A DNA stretch of 64,000 bases from assembly GCA_965242985.1 (NCBI GenBank), contig OZ251520.1, positions 1,683,227-1,747,226 on the forward strand. The letters run 5' to 3'. Shown here piece after piece: positions 1 through 10,900 of the stretch; positions within the stretch are counted from its first letter, which is position 1; every line of letters begins with the position of its first letter. The notes under the pieces were generated by a model, which did no database searches, was not told where the DNA came from, and saw only the letters and a list, made by a program, of their open reading frames with translations. Source of the stretch: an uncultured candidatus Porisulfidus sp. GTDB taxonomy: Bacteria > Pseudomonadota > Gammaproteobacteria > Poriferisulfidales > Poriferisulfidaceae. The position numbers were made by a program, and so were the translations under genes.

Positions 1-280
1 GCCAAGTCGCGCGCTTCGCCGTTGACCAGGACGCGCATCACCCGCCGCCTTTCCGCATCCGTCCCTCCGCCCCGGCGGCAAAGCCCGCCCGGCCAAGCGC
101 GCAACTCCGGAAAGCGGGAATCATCGTGGAATTCTGGGCGGAAACCGTGGCGGCATTATACGAACCGGCCGCGCTGGGCTACACTTCCCCCCGCAACCGC
201 AGGGAGCTCCGCATGGGCGCCACCGCCACGGCCGCCGGAAAGCCCGCCCCGTCCGGACGACTTCCGCCCGGACTGCGCGA

Positions 281-1456
281 ATGAATCCCGAAACGAGCCC
301 GTTCCGCCCCGGCCAGCCGGTTCCGGTCGAGCTTTTCACCGGGCGAAGCAAGGAAGCCGAGCAGCTGCGCGGCATGGTCCGCGCCAGCCGGCGCGGCATC
401 TTCAAGGTCGGGTTCGTCAGCGGCGAGCGGGGCATCGGCAAAAGCTCCCTCGCCATGTTCGCGCGCCGGCTGGTCGAACCGGATGGCGTCATGGGTTGCC
501 ACGTATTTCTGGGCGGCGCGAGCACTCTCGACGAGATGCTCCGCCAGACTTTCGACCGCATCCTCAAGGAAAGCGTCAACCAGCCTTGGCTGGAGGCGGT
601 GCGGAATTTCTTCGGCAACCGCGTGCAGGAAGTCGGATTGCTCGGCATCACGCTGAAGCTGAACATCCCCGACCGCGACTTGACTGCCCTGCGGCACGAT
701 TTCGCGCCGGCCATGGAACGACTTCTGGAACAGGTGGGAGAGCAGAAGCAATCCATTTTCCTGATCCTGGACGACATCAACGGCCTGTCCAATTCCTATA
801 AATTCGCGAACTGGCTCAAGAGCACGGTGGACGAGACCGCCGTGTCCGGACGCGGCGCCAACCTCTGCATCCTGTTCGTCGGCTTGGAGGAGCGGCGCCG
901 CGAGCTGATCGCCCAGCAGCCGTCCTTGGACCGGGTATTCGAATTGATCCGGATCGCGCCTTGGTCCGACGACGAGGCGGCCTCGTTCTACCGCAATTCA
1001 CTCCAGAGCGCGAACGCGGAAATCAGCGAAGACGGCCTTGAGGCGATGGTGCATTACACCGGCGGCCTGCCCGTGCTGGCGCACGAAATCGGCGATGCGG
1101 TCTGGCAAACGGCCGAGGGGCCGGAAATCCAAACGCGGGAAGTGATCGCCGGCGCCCGCGTGGCGGCCGAAGTGATCGGAGCGAGGTGGCTGGGACCGAA
1201 AGTTTTCCAAGCGATCCGCAGCGAAAACTACCGGACCATACTGCGCAAGATATCCGGACATCCGCAACTAAGTTTCCAGCGGGCGGAACTGCGGGGCCGC
1301 CTGACGCCTGGGGAACAACGCGTGCTGGACAATTTCCTGCGGCGCATGAAGAAGTTGGGCGCGCTGGAAGAAGACCCCGAGCTGCGCGGCGGCTACCGCT
1401 TCCCCAGCCTGCTGCATAAGCGGGCATTCGCGCTGGCGGGGCTCAACCGCCGTTGA
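281..1456 (+). CDS. P-loop ATPase (AAA/Orc1-like, Walker A GERGIGKSS, Walker B LILDD), function unknown
   Basis: Walker A and B motifs in translated ORF; intact 391-aa frame; high-GC codon usage. Confidence 0.5.
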   Translation: MNPETSPFRPGQPVPVELFTGRSKEAEQLRGMVRASRRGIFKVGFVSGERGIGKSSLAMFARRLVEPDGVMGCHVFLGGASTLDEMLRQTFDRILKESVNQPWLEAVRNFFGNRVQEVGLLGITLKLNIPDRDLTALRHDFAPAMERLLEQVGEQKQSIFLILDDINGLSNSYKFANWLKSTVDETAVSGRGANLCILFVGLEERRRELIAQQPSLDRVFELIRIAPWSDDEAASFYRNSLQSANAEISEDGLEAMVHYTGGLPVLAHEIGDAVWQTAEGPEIQTREVIAGARVAAEVIGARWLGPKVFQAIRSENYRTILRKISGHPQLSFQRAELRGRLTPGEQRVLDNFLRRMKKLGALEEDPELRGGYRFPSLLHKRAFALAGLNRR

Positions 1457-1468
1457 CCAGGACGCGCA

Positions 1469-1870
1469 TCACTTCCCGTCCAGCTGCGCCCCCAGCTCCT
1501 CGAGGCTGAAGTAGCCGACCACGCTCGCCAGCCGGCCGTCCCGAACCGCGATGAAGTCGCAGCCGCGCAGGATCACCGCGCGCCCGGTCGGCGCCCGCTC
1601 GCCGAGCGCGCCCCGGTGAGTGCCAAACAACAGCCAGGGCGCGGCCAGTTCGCCGCTGCTCGCGGGCGTCTGCGCGATCAGCTCCAGCCGCAGGTCCGGG
1701 AAGGCGTCGAACAGCCCCTGCGCGTAGCGCTCCAGGTCGGCGCCGGCGAGCGGGCCGCCGGTGGCCGGGTCCTGATAGGTGCCGCCCGGCGCGAACAGCG
1801 CGCCGACCGCCGCGGCGTCGCGCGCGTCCCAGGCCGCGAAGTACGCCCGGACCAGCTCCTCGGGGCTCAT
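1469..1870 (-). CDS. NTF2/SnoaL-like small protein, translationally coupled to metY (ATGA overlap)
   Basis: C-terminal 134 aa of listed ORF starting [18 protein letters not shown], an NTF2-like signature; start codon overlaps upstream stop. Confidence 0.45.
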   Translation of the reverse strand: MSPEELVRAYFAAWDARDAAAVGALFAPGGTYQDPATGGPLAGADLERYAQGLFDAFPDLRLELIAQTPASSGELAAPWLLFGTHRGALGERAPTGRAVILRGCDFIAVRDGRLASVVGYFSLEELGAQLDGK

Positions 1871-3159
1871 GGCGCCGCCGCCGCCAGCGCCTGCTCCAGG
1901 TCGGCGAGGATGTCCTCGATATCCTCGATGCCGACCGACAGGCGGATGACTTCCGGCCCCGCGCCGGCGGCGGCTTTCTGCTCGTCGCTCAGCTGCCGGT
2001 GGGTGGTGGAGGCCGGGTGCACGATCAGCGAGCGGGTGTCGCCGATGTTGGCGAGGTGCGAGAACAGCCGCACGCTCTCGACCACCTTCACCCCCGCCTC
2101 GTAGCCGCCGCGCACGCCGAAAGTGAACACCGCCCCGGCGCCGCCCGGGCAGTAGCGCTTGGCCAGCGCGTGGTAGGGGTCCGCCGGCAGGCCGGCGTAG
2201 GAGACCCAGGCCACCTGCGGGTGCCGCGCCAGCCACTCGGCGCAGGCCAGCGCGTTGTCGCTGTGCTGGCGCATGCGCAGCGGCAGCGTCTCGATCCCGG
2301 TCAGGGTCAGGTAGGCGTTCATCGGCGCCATCGCCGGCCCCAGGTCGCGCAGGCTCACCGCCACCGAATAGACCGTGTAGGCGAGTTCGCCGAAGCGCTC
2401 GCGGAAGCTCAGGCCGTGGTAGGCCGGGTTCGGCTCGGTCAGGTGCGGGTAGCGCCCGTCCCGCGCCCAGTCGAAGCCGCCGGAATCGATCACCGCGCCG
2501 CCGATGGCGTTGCCGTGGCCGGACAGGAACTTGGTGGTCGAGTGCACCACGATGTCGGCGCCGTGCTCGATCGGGCTGCACAGCGCGGGGGTCGCCAGGG
2601 TGTTGTCGATGACGCAGGGCACGCCCGCCTCGTGCGCGGCGTCGGCGATCGCCCGCAGGTCGCACATGACGCCGCCGGGGTTGGCCAGGCTCTCGCTGAA
2701 CACGGCGCGGGTGCGCTCGGTGACGGCGCGGCGGAAGTTCTCCGGGTCGTCCGGGTCGACGAACACCACTTTCCAGCCGAAGCGCGCGAAGGAGTGCCCG
2801 AACTGGGTGATGGAGCCGCCGTAGAGCTTGCTCGAGGCGACGAACTCGTCGCCGGCGCGCAGCAGCCCGAACAGCGCCAGCAGCTGCGCCGCATGCCCGG
2901 AGGCGGTGCACACCGCGCCGGCGCCGCCCTCGAGGTCGGCCAGGCGGTCCTGCAGCGCGCTGACGGTGGGGTTGGTCAGGCGCGAGTAGATGTAGCCGGG
3001 CTCGTCCAGGCTGAACAGGCGGGCGGCGTGGTCGACGTCCCGGAACACGTAGGCGGCCGACTGGTGGATCGGCGTCACCCGGGCGCCGGTGGCGGGGTCG
3101 GGCGCCTGTCCGGCGTGGACGGCCCGCGTGCGCAGGCCCTGCTTGCTGGCGTCGGTCAT
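1867..3159 (-). CDS. metY: O-acetylhomoserine sulfhydrylase (PLP-dependent, Cys/Met metabolism family)
   Basis: 430-aa ORF with typical motifs (AVHAG, SxTKFLxGHG PLP-lysine region); full length. Confidence 0.85.
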   Translation of the reverse strand: MTDASKQGLRTRAVHAGQAPDPATGARVTPIHQSAAYVFRDVDHAARLFSLDEPGYIYSRLTNPTVSALQDRLADLEGGAGAVCTASGHAAQLLALFGLLRAGDEFVASSKLYGGSITQFGHSFARFGWKVVFVDPDDPENFRRAVTERTRAVFSESLANPGGVMCDLRAIADAAHEAGVPCVIDNTLATPALCSPIEHGADIVVHSTTKFLSGHGNAIGGAVIDSGGFDWARDGRYPHLTEPNPAYHGLSFRERFGELAYTVYSVAVSLRDLGPAMAPMNAYLTLTGIETLPLRMRQHSDNALACAEWLARHPQVAWVSYAGLPADPYHALAKRYCPGGAGAVFTFGVRGGYEAGVKVVESVRLFSHLANIGDTRSLIVHPASTTHRQLSDEQKAAAGAGPEVIRLSVGIEDIEDILADLEQALAAAAP

Positions 3160-3180
3160 GGCGGAGGCTCCGGGGGCGGG

Positions 3181-3714
3181 TCAGGGGAAGGCGGCGGCGA
3201 AGCGGTTCTTGAGCTCGACGTAGTGGGCCGCCGAGTAGCGCAGGAACTCGCGCTCGGCGCCGGTCAGGGCGCGCAGCCGGCGCGCCGGGCTGCCGATCCA
3301 CAGGCCGCCGTCGAGCTCCTTGCCGGGCGGCACCAGGCAGCCGGCGGCGAGCATGGTCTCGTCGCCGACCACCGCGCCGTCGAGCACCACCGCGCCCATG
3401 CCGACCAGGCAGCGGTCGCCGACGGCGCAGGCGTGCAGCACCGCGCGGTGGCCGACCGTGACGTCGTCGCCGAGCGTGGCGGCGAAGCCGCCGGGGCTGT
3501 ACTTGCAGTCGTGGGTGACGTGCACCACGCTGCCGTCCTGGAGGTTGGTGCGCGCGCCGACGCGGATCGAATGCACGTCGCCGCGCAGCACGGTCATCGG
3601 CCACACCGAGCTGTCGGCGCCGAGCTCCACGTCGCCGACCACCAGCGCCTGCGCGTCCACGTAGGCGGAAGCGGGAACGCGGGGGGCGCGGCCCTCGAAG
3701 GCGCGGACGGTCAC
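3181..3714 (-). CDS. gamma-carbonic anhydrase / hexapeptide-repeat (YrdA/PaaY-like) protein
   Basis: Left-handed beta-helix hexapeptide repeats and His ligands in 177-aa ORF. Confidence 0.75.
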   Translation of the reverse strand: MTVRAFEGRAPRVPASAYVDAQALVVGDVELGADSSVWPMTVLRGDVHSIRVGARTNLQDGSVVHVTHDCKYSPGGFAATLGDDVTVGHRAVLHACAVGDRCLVGMGAVVLDGAVVGDETMLAAGCLVPPGKELDGGLWIGSPARRLRALTGAEREFLRYSAAHYVELKNRFAAAFP

Positions 3715-3764
3715 GGCTCAGGCGCGGCGGCGGCGCGGGGCGCGCATCATGCGGGACGGCGGGC

Positions 3765-5285
3765 CTAGAACAGCTGGCGCATGGACAGCTCGACGCGGCT
3801 GCGCCGGTACTCGAACAGCGACACGTTGGAGGTCCGCTCCTCGCGCACCAGCGACAGCGCCGGCACGAAGCCGAACAGGTGCAGGCGGTCGTTGGACAGC
3901 GTCAGGCGCGTGGTCGCCACCCGGTCGCGGCGCGGGTCCGGGCTCAGCGAGGCGTACCGCAGGCGGTCGTAGGCGGTGTGGTAGCGGTCGTGCGACAGCC
4001 GCAGGCGGGTGCCGGAGTAGCCGAACACCGGCGGCAGCTCGGCGACGCCGAAGACGCCGGCGCGGCGGTGGCGGCTGCGCACGCTGCGCGCCGCGGTGTC
4101 GGTGCGGCCCCAGCCGGCGCGCAGGCCGAACGCGACGGTCGGCGACCACTGGTAGGCGAGGTTCAGGTCGAGGTTGGCGCGGGCGCCGTTGTAGGCGTCG
4201 CTGTAGCGGTACTGGTGGCGGATCCGCTCCAGTTCGGCGTAGCCGGACAGGCGCTCGGTGAAGCGGTAGCGGGCCTCGAGCGCGGGGCCGTGGCCCTTGC
4301 TGGTGCGGCGGCCGCCGTACCAGCGCCGCTCGCCGCGCAGCACCAGGCCGACCTCGCCGCGCGGGAACAGCAGGCGCGGCCCCGCCTCCACGTACACCGT
4401 CATGTCGTCGAAGTCGTCGGAGCCGTGGTCGCGCCGGTAGACGCCGGCGCCGAGGCCGAGCCGGGTCAGGGTCCCCTCGGCCAGCTGCAGGTCCAGCGGG
4501 TGGCGGTACTCGCCCGCCGCGGACAGCACCACGCCGACGCCGGAGGTCTCGCGGCGCTCCTCCTCGATGGTGTCGGTGAACACCACGCCGGGGAACTGCG
4601 GCAGCGTGAAGGTGATGGTGCGGGCGCGGGTGCCGTTGCTGATGTTGGTGTCGGGCGCCAGCGCGAACGAGAACTCGCCGGAGACCCGCTTGCGCGCCTC
4701 GATCAGGGACAGGTGCAGCGCCACCGCCCGCGCCACCGCGGCCGGCAGTTCGCCCGCCAGGGCGCGGCGGAAGTGGTATGCGGCCGCGTCGCAGTCGTCG
4801 CCGAGCAGGTGCTCCCAGAGGTCCGGCGGCGGCGCCGCGCAGGCGCCGCGCGCGAACAGGGTCTGCGCCAGCTCCAGCCGCGCCCCGGCCAGGTCCGGGC
4901 TGCGCGCGAGGATGCGCCGGTAGCTCTCCTCGGCCTCGTCCAGCAGCGCCCGGCGGAGCTCCGGCGCGGCCGGCGCCTCCGGATGCTCCGGCGGCAACTG
5001 CGCCGCGGTGCGCGCCGCCAGGCCGAGGAAGAACAGGACGTCGGCGTCGTCGCCGTGCTGCAACGCCAGCGGCCGCAGCAGCGCCAGCGCGCTCGCCGGG
5101 CGGTCGGCCTGGATCAGCGCCTCGGCGCGGGCGACCGCTTCGGCCGGGTCGGCGGCGAAGCCGGGCGCGGCCGCGGCCAGCAGCAGCGCGGCGGCGAAGA
5201 GCGCGCCCGCGGGCGCGGCGGGGCTGCGCCCGGCGCGGGCGGGCGCCGCGGCGGATGCCGCGGAGGCTTCAGGGCCGGGAATCAT
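3765..5285 (-). CDS. Slam-like outer-membrane protein (N-terminal TPR-like region + C-terminal DUF560 beta-barrel ending RQLF), signal peptide present
   Basis: Signal peptide, TPR-like N-terminus, barrel-like C-terminus ending in aromatic residue; paralogous to ORF 36232..37686. Confidence 0.6.
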   Translation of the reverse strand: MIPGPEASAASAAAPARAGRSPAAPAGALFAAALLLAAAAPGFAADPAEAVARAEALIQADRPASALALLRPLALQHGDDADVLFFLGLAARTAAQLPPEHPEAPAAPELRRALLDEAEESYRRILARSPDLAGARLELAQTLFARGACAAPPPDLWEHLLGDDCDAAAYHFRRALAGELPAAVARAVALHLSLIEARKRVSGEFSFALAPDTNISNGTRARTITFTLPQFPGVVFTDTIEEERRETSGVGVVLSAAGEYRHPLDLQLAEGTLTRLGLGAGVYRRDHGSDDFDDMTVYVEAGPRLLFPRGEVGLVLRGERRWYGGRRTSKGHGPALEARYRFTERLSGYAELERIRHQYRYSDAYNGARANLDLNLAYQWSPTVAFGLRAGWGRTDTAARSVRSRHRRAGVFGVAELPPVFGYSGTRLRLSHDRYHTAYDRLRYASLSPDPRRDRVATTRLTLSNDRLHLFGFVPALSLVREERTSNVSLFEYRRSRVELSMRQLF

Positions 5286-5523
5286 GCGGTTAATTTAGCA
5301 CGGCGGGCGTTTTTTCATTTAACGTTCCCGGTCAGCCTCTTGCGGACAACCTCGCTCCCGCGTCCGCGCCGCCGGGAACCGAGTTGCGAATGGAGCGAAC
5401 TTGCGGCCCGGCATTGCCGCCCGCCGCAGCGGCCGGGCATAGCAGACGGCAAACGCCGCGCCCGCGCCGCCGGTTCCTCTCTCCTCCGTCCCGCAACTGC
5501 CATGCCGACCGCTTCCGCCCGCC

Positions 5524-6126
5524 TTGCCGCCCTTATCGCGCATCCTCGCCAAGGCGAACCGGGGCTGGTACAGCGTCAAGACCTACAGCAACGGCCGCGA
5601 CCTGCGCGTGACGGCCAGCGGCTGGGCAGGCGAGCGCACTTGGTGGGGCGGCACGCTCAAGCGCATGTACATCCGGCACCGGGGCGAAAGCCGCAAGCGC
5701 CGCGACGGTCCGCGCCTGGACGCGAACATGCAGACCGCCCACATCGCCACCCCGGCGCTGACGCTGGGCGCCCGCGGCGGCTGGCGCCGCTACCGGACCG
5801 ACGCGGCGGTCGAGCGCTACGACTCCTGGTGGGGCGGCCTCAGCGCCGACTACGAGCTGCCGCCGGTGCTCGGCGTCCAGGGCTTCGGCGCCAGCCTGTC
5901 CTACGACCGGCACCACCGCTATTCGGACCACGTGAAGATCACGGAGAGCCGCTCCAAGCGGCGCGACCGCCTGGGCATCGTCCGCCTGGCGCTGCACAAC
6001 CGCAACATCGAGTTCGGCGACTTCATGCCGGAGACCACCCTCGTCCACGAAGAGCGAAAATCAAACGTCGAGCTGTACCGCTACAAGCGCAGCCGCATCG
6101 AGCTGGGGCTACGCCGCCTGTTCTGA
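5524..6126 (+). pseudogene. C-terminal fragment (~200 aa) of a Slam/DUF560 paralog, N-terminus missing
   Basis: Aligns residue-by-residue with the last ~200 aa of the Slam at 36232..37686 (YDSWWGG...SYDRHHRYSD...GLRRLF); no N-terminal TPR/signal peptide. Confidence 0.6.
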
Positions 6127-6170
6127 CCGGCCGGCATGCCGCGGCGAAGCCGCGGAATGCCGGCCGCCGC
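6127..6170 (+). terminator. 16-bp-stem hairpin (GGCCGGCATGCCGCGG...CCGCGGAATGCCGGCC) immediately after Slam-fragment stop
   Basis: Near-perfect inverted repeat with 4-nt loop seen directly in sequence; no clear U-tract. Confidence 0.35.
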
Positions 6171-6232
6171 ACCGCGGGCCGGCGCTTGGCGCGCCAGTCG
6201 CTTTCACTTCGGAAATTCCAAGTTTTAGTGTT

Positions 6233-6300
6233 ATTTATCAGTAAGTTGTAGTAATTCTGTTACTGTAGTAAGCAATTTTGCTCAATAGGATAAATTCCAA
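6233..6300. repeat. Copy 1 of ~60-bp direct repeat containing imperfect palindrome GTAAGCAATTTTGCTCAATA
   Basis: Shares tatttatca...ttactgtaNtNagcaattttgctcaataNgNtaaa with copy 2. Confidence 0.5.
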
Positions 6301-6654
6301 GAACTATATGCTTGATTTTCAACGGTCTGGTTGTTCATCGGATGGGGTCGCGGGGTGCAGATCCGGCCCGCCGCAGCGGAACGGGACGGCGATGCGGAAA
6401 CTCCGCCGGCCGCACCGTCCGCCGCCGTTGCCCGCACGCCGAAACCGCACTTCCATTTCCCGCCGCGCCGGGTCAAGCGCGATGCCCGCAACTGATCACC
6501 AGCGTGGTTGGATGCGGCGGTTTTCGAACGGCTGGGCGCTGGATGGGCGGAGCTGAACGGCATGGGAAATCCTCGGAAACTGGGACTCCCCGGTTTACTG
6601 GACTTCCACTAGAATCGGTGAAGACCCGTAAATTCCCATTGCATGAATTTAAAT

Positions 6655-6730
6655 ACAATATTATTTATCAATATATTACATATATTTTTTTACTGTATTG
6701 AGCAATTTTGCTCAATATGGTAAAATCACT
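6655..6730. promoter_or_regulatory. Copy 2 of the repeat with perfect 18-bp palindrome TTGAGCAATTTTGCTCAA overlapping the promoter/start of the ATPase gene
   Basis: Perfect inverted repeat 8-2-8 immediately upstream of ORF 6698/6734; AT-rich context. Confidence 0.45.
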
Positions 6731-7972
6731 TCCATGACATACGAACGGAAACAGGTTTCAACCCTGCTGGAGCGCCTCGGTGAGGAACCTAGGACGCTGA
6801 TCTACGTAACCGGGCCACGGCAGTCCGGCAAGACCACGCTGGTCCAGCAGGCGCTGAGGAAAATCGACCGGCCGCACCGATATCACCTGGTGGACGACCC
6901 GAAATCGGATTCCGATTTCCCGGAAACTGGCCATGATCTATCGTTCGGCGCCCAGAAAAATGCGGAATGGCTGGTGCGAGTCTGGGAAGAGGCTCGCGCG
7001 GAAACGAGCGGTTCGAAGCAAGACTTCATTCTCGTTCTCGATGAGATTCACGCTATCCCGGATTGGTCGCGAACGGTCAAGGGCCTCTGGGACATGGACC
7101 GCTTGAACGAACGCCCGCTGCATGTCGTTCTGCTCGGTTCCGCCCCTCTGCTCATGCAGAAAGGCTTGAGCGAAGGTCTGACCGGTCGTTTCGAGTCGCT
7201 GTTCGTCCCGCATTGGTCCTTCACGGAAATGTCCGAGGCATTCGACTTCAACTTGGAGCAATACTTGTATTTTGGCGGCTATCCGGGCGCGGCGCCTTAT
7301 ATCGGGGATGAGAATCGCTGGCGCGACCATGTGAGCAAGACCATGATCGAGCCCAGCATAGACCGAGATATCCTCATGTTGCAGCGGATCAACAAGCCGG
7401 CCCTGCTGAAGCAAGTGTTCGAACTGGCCGCCCTCTACTCCGGCCAGATACTTTCCTACCGGCAAATGCAGGGGCAACTCGTGGATGCCGGCAACACGAC
7501 GACTCTGGCCCATTACCTCGATCTTCTCGCAAAAACGGGCTTGATCAAGTCCTTGCCCATGTATTCCGGCAGCTTCAGCCGCCAGATAAAGTACAGCCCA
7601 AAACTCAACGTTCTCAATACAGCGTTGATGACTGCCTGCACTTCCCACTCGTTTGCGACAGCGCGGAGTGACCGGCGATTCTGGGGACGGTTGGTTGAAA
7701 GCGCTGTCGGCGCGCACCTGAGCAATACGAAAGAAACCAGAATGCGTCTTTCCTATTGGCGGCGCAACGGCAACGAGGTGGATTTCGTCCTGAACTTCGA
7801 TCAGAAACTCTTCGCCATAGAAGTCAAGAGCGGCAAGATGAAAAGCCGGCGCGGGCTTGACGCTTTCAGCGAGAAATACAAGAAAACTTCTCAAGTGGCG
7901 GTCGGACAAGGTGGGATCCCGCTGGAGGAATTCCTCTCCACATCTGCGGAAGCACTGTTTGAAAGCCTGTGA
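6698..7972 (+). CDS. AAA+ ATPase of the COG1373 family (AAA_14 + DUF4143)
   Basis: Walker A GPRQSGKTT, Walker B LVLDEIH, C-terminal DUF4143-like region; stop overlaps next gene start (ATGA). Confidence 0.65.
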   Translation: MSNFAQYGKITSMTYERKQVSTLLERLGEEPRTLIYVTGPRQSGKTTLVQQALRKIDRPHRYHLVDDPKSDSDFPETGHDLSFGAQKNAEWLVRVWEEARAETSGSKQDFILVLDEIHAIPDWSRTVKGLWDMDRLNERPLHVVLLGSAPLLMQKGLSEGLTGRFESLFVPHWSFTEMSEAFDFNLEQYLYFGGYPGAAPYIGDENRWRDHVSKTMIEPSIDRDILMLQRINKPALLKQVFELAALYSGQILSYRQMQGQLVDAGNTTTLAHYLDLLAKTGLIKSLPMYSGSFSRQIKYSPKLNVLNTALMTACTSHSFATARSDRRFWGRLVESAVGAHLSNTKETRMRLSYWRRNGNEVDFVLNFDQKLFAIEVKSGKMKSRRGLDAFSEKYKKTSQVAVGQGGIPLEEFLSTSAEALFESL

Positions 7973-10900
7973 AAGACTTTCTCGCCCCGCGCACCTACAC
8001 CAAGGTATCCGCCAAGGAACCGCAATCCTATGCGCCCGAAGACCTGCGCGGCCACGACGCCTACGTGCTGCTCGGCGGCCCGGGCTCGGGCAAAACGAAG
8101 ATGTTCGAGTATGAGGCCGAACAGGAGGGCTGCCGTTACGTAACTGCGCGCGACTTCATCGTGCTGGCTCTTTCCAAATGGCGCAATACCACGCTGTTCA
8201 TCGACGGGCTGGACGAGGCGCGTGCCGGGTCGAGGGACGGACGAAAACCAATCGATAAAATCCGCGCCAAACTGGAGAAGTTGAACCGGCCCCGATTCCG
8301 CCTTTCCTGCCGCACAGTAGACTGGTACGGCGAAAACGACAGCCGTGATCTGAAACCCGTGTCTCCGAACGGCAACGTAGAAGTTTTCCAGCTTGACCCG
8401 CTCTCGGATGACGCGGCCCACGAGTGCCTGAAGCACCATCCCAGCATCGAGAATGCCGAAGAATTCCAGCGACGCGCCTGCGAGCAGGGAATGCACTTTC
8501 TGCTGACCAATCCGCAGAGTCTGCAGATGCTGGCAGACTTGGTCGCAAACGGCACTTGGCCTGAAACGCGGATGCAACTATTCGACATCACCATCCGAAA
8601 ATTGTTGCAAGAACACAACCATGAACACATCCGCGTGGCCCCCCCTATCTCTCTGGGCGACTTGATGGACGCGGCTGGAAAACTATGCGCCGTGCAGTTG
8701 CTGAGCGGCATCGTCGGTTACGCCCGCACGGGCAACAGCCGCTCCGGCTGCCCCAGTCTAGATGAAGTTCCAGAAAACAATCCCGCTTTCCTCAACCGCG
8801 CTTTAGGCACCCGCCTATTCAAGGAAGAGAAAGGCGACTGCCTCATCCCCATACACGTGCAGATGGCGGAATTCTCTGCAGCGAAATATCTAGCAAAGAG
8901 AATTAAGGAAAATTTGCCCGCTAGACGGATACTCGCCTTGATGACAAGCGGAAACGGAGCTATCGCGCCGGAACTTCGCGGCCTGTCTGCTTGGCTCGCC
9001 ACGCACAGCAAAAGCAACCGGAGAGAGCTTATCGCACGCAATCCTATCGGAACAGTGCTGTATGGCGATGTCCGCAACTTCTCCTGCGATGAGAAATCCC
9101 AAATACTGGACTGCTTGAAACTAGTTGCTAAAGAACAACCCTGGCCGAAAATCCTAGACTCCATCGATCCCAAACTAGGAGACTTGGCCACAGATGATAT
9201 GGAGGAGAAATTCCGAGAGTACCTGGAGAATCTGGACCCGGAAGATATTGCTGAGAGGTCATTCGCCTTGATTCTTCTGGAGGCCATAAAAAACAGTCCG
9301 ATACATTGGCGGTTCGCTACTTCTATGCTGAAGATCGTCAAAAATAACCAGTGGCCTTCCGCTATAAGGGAGCGCACGCTTGATGAATACATACGTTGCG
9401 CCAAAAATAACGACGCAACAACTTCGGATCTTTTGCCTTTGCTTCAGGATATGGAAAAGGATCCAAACTTAGATCCCACGGACTCGCTCACGGCCCGGTT
9501 GCTTGAAGCACTCTACCCATACCCGGGCGCGCTGTCCGCCAAGGAGATCCTGCGATATCTGCGCCGACCTAGAATGCGGACTCTTATCGGAAGATATAAG
9601 GTCTTTTGGGGTGAACGCATCGACCAAGAAAATCCCAGCCAACTGGCTGAACTTCTAGACGCTTTCGTGGCACAGTACGACCGCCTCTGCAGTGAAGCGC
9701 TAGCTGATTCTCCGCCCAACTTTTTTCTAATCGAGATACCCCACAAGCTGCTGAGCCGCTTTCTTCTCACAGCGCCACCGAAAACGATCAAACTGAAGCG
9801 CCTATTCTCTTGGCTAAGAGCCGCCGCGTGGCCCGGAAAGCCTGGACACGAGCCGGGGGGCCAGGACGCAACACAAATTGTTGCATGGCTTGAACGACGC
9901 CCTGAAGACTACAAAGCTCTCATCAAAATGGGCTGGGAGCACTGCGTGGCGCAATCGGGATGCGCCAGCACCGAAGAATTCATGGAGTGCCTATTCCTGT
10001 TGGAACGGTGCTTTTGCCGCGCGATGTTGCCAAAAGACTTCGGCCGCTGGTGCCTTGACCAAGCCGTTGCTATCGACAACCAGATTATCCGGGAATATTT
10101 GGGCCGACAAATTGCCAATTTTGTACACTGGAAACAACACGATGAAGATCTTTCTGTGGAAATCGTGCAGGAATGCGCTTCTGGACACTTTGAACTTCTC
10201 AGGAGTTTTCAGGAACGGCTTTCCGAGCTTAAGGAAAACGATCGGTTATCCGAGGAAGAAGGCTGGCGAATTAAGGATATCCGCAAAAAAGATGCTACGC
10301 TAGCAAGAAAGCGGAGACTAAAGCGGTATGCGGAAATCAAGCAACATGAAACCGCTCTGAAAGAAAACTGTTGCTCGCCCGGAATACTCGACTTTCTGGC
10401 GCGAGCATATTACGGGGAATTTGGCAACATCCGCGGCCCAAACCCCAGATCTCGATTGCGCCTCCTCCTGAACGATGATGCGGAACTAGTAAACGCTGCG
10501 CTATGCGGGTTGCATGGAGCAATGGAGCGAAGTGACCTGCCTGTGGCAGATGAGATTATCAGGCTTACCGCGCAACACAGGATCCATCTGCTGGCAAAAC
10601 CATTTTTAATCAGTTTCGGCGAGGCTATGCGGCAACAGCCCGAAACCGTTGTGTCCGTGGAGGAAAAGCATCTTCGCTTAGCGCTCGCCATCCACTACAC
10701 AGCCCCCATTCGCTGGATAGACAACAAACCGCCAGAATGGCACGGAAAATTATTGGAAACTCATCCGCAGGTCGTCGCCGAAATGCTGGTGAAGTCCGTC
10801 AGATCGGAGCTGCGCAGCAAGCGTGATTGCCGCTCCATCCTCGACCACTGGTTTTCATCCTCAAATCACGCTGAAATCGCTCGAAGATCAGCTCTGCCTC

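Noticed and set aside
1469-3604. Very long ORFs on alternative frames or opposite strand in GC-rich regions (for example 1469..3604, 1999..3768, 3879..6251, 22442..25126, 36442..37941, 37917..40607, 40702..42039, 55215..57395, 55493..57478, 57356..58672)
   Set aside because: Arg/Ala/Gly/Pro-rich low-complexity translations typical of stop-codon-poor 70% GC DNA. They overlap well-supported genes (metY, Slam, lipoprotein, purF, glycerate kinase).
6655-6730. TACTGTA...TTGAGCAA as a LexA (SOS) box
   Set aside because: It lacks the CTGT-N8-ACAG symmetry. The palindrome is TTGAGCAA-TT-TTGCTCAA, so a different regulator is more likely.
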